From Zygnema circumcarinatum SAG 698-1b (taxonomy: Eukaryota; Plantae; Zygnematophyceae), in NCBI GenBank assembly GCA_037447605.1, contig CM074810.1, forward strand, positions 62,001 to 126,000: a DNA stretch of 64,000 nucleotides, read 5' to 3'. The notes beneath the pieces are model-generated. The model was not told the DNA's origin. It worked only from the letters and a program-made list of their open reading frames with translations, and did not search any database. A program made the translations under genes and the position numbers. Shown piece after piece: positions 59,801 to 64,000 of the stretch. Numbering within the stretch: the first letter of the stretch is position 1; the number at the start of each line of letters is the position of its first letter.

Positions 59801-60245
59801 TACTTTGTTTGTACATGTCTTCTCTACGGTTTTTCCCAAACCCGATTGAAGGGGCAAACCCTTCCCTTCCCTTAAGGCCTGTTCGTTCATTTGGCCCTCA
59901 GCGAATCTGTACCAGCAGATCCGATTCTGCTGACGTGGCACCAGCACTTCATGCCACGTGGCAGGAATCGTTTTAAGTCGCCGTTTTTTCCCGACGTCGA
60001 ATCTTGTGTCGACCAATCACGAGCGCCCAATTCCGAAACCAGTTACGATTTTTTTCCCCAAAGCAGAGACTACTTACATTTTTGGGCCCCCCTTTGCCCC
60101 CTTCCTTCCGGAAGCTCGCCGCCGATTTCCCGCCTCAATAAAGCTGTCTGCCCTCATCAGTTCTTCCCTTCTCTCTCCCCACTCCCGCCTCCCTCCCGCT
60201 TCTTTCTCTCCCCTCTCGCCCCTCACACGCGCGGGAGCAGGCGCC

Positions 60246-63487
<3,242 letters not shown>

Positions 63488-64000
63488 GTGGGGAATGGAA
63501 TCTCTTTCCTTGGAGTGTTAAGGGATTTGGAAGCCTGAAAGGCAGCTTTGTGGAGTTGGGAAACGTGGATGGACATATAGAGAGTGAGAGAAGTGTGGGC
63601 GGGGGAGGAGAGGGTAGCGTTTGGTCGGGAGGTGGTGGGAAGGGAGGGGGGGGGGGTGAAAGGGTAAAAGGCGAGGAAAGGACAGAGGAGACGGGCTCAG
63701 AAGGGAGTAGGAGGAGGTATGGGACGGGTGAGGGAGATGGAGTTATGGAGAGATGACAAGGGAAGGGATAAAGAAAGGGATGCTTCGGAGAGATGGACAG
63801 ATGTCTAGAGGTGTGAGGGAGGCTGAAAAGAGGGATGTAGGAAGCAAGAAGGGATAAGTACGTATGGAGAAGGAACTTGCAGAGAGGGACATCGAAAAGA
63901 AACTCAAATTCAATAACGTTACACTGATTTCCTTTTCCCCATTCTCCCACCCTGTTTCCTCCTCCCTCCTCCCTCCGTCCTTTCTTCAAACTCCCACAGT

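Overview
Intron-rich eukaryotic nuclear DNA from a green plant lineage. A streptophyte alga such as a zygnematophyte, or an early-diverging land plant, is inferred from gene content and splice signals; the species cannot be fixed from sequence alone. I reconstructed spliced models by hand, checking GT-AG junctions and reading phase, for 13 protein genes. In order: 3' part of cytosolic homomeric acetyl-CoA carboxylase, meiotic axis protein ASY4, a PQBP1-like WW splicing factor, RTE1/TMEM222, proteasome alpha-6 (PAF), an atypical WCHAC thioredoxin, coatomer epsilon, an FLZ zinc finger, a plastid membrane protein, an Mpv17/PMP22 protein, PsbX, ferredoxin-sulfite reductase and DGD1. The window also holds the 5' part of iPGAM, a decayed SERF/4F5 pseudogene, tRNA-Ile(AAT), many micro- and minisatellites and two 10-N gaps. 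Most long ORFs in the supplied track are antisense, intronic or satellite artefacts. The most interesting signals are a ribbon-helix-helix-like DNA-binding tail on sulfite reductase, a complete ASY4 gene largely missed by the ORF track, and an FLZ gene. Others are a dispersed repeat family that keeps a splice donor at the same position in two copies, dense GTAC clusters at several promoters, mirror-oriented (CCATG)n arrays in the SiR/DGD1 divergent promoter, and a U12-type donor candidate. No CRISPR array, rRNA or intact transposase was found. All homologue comparisons are from memory of the families and were not computed.
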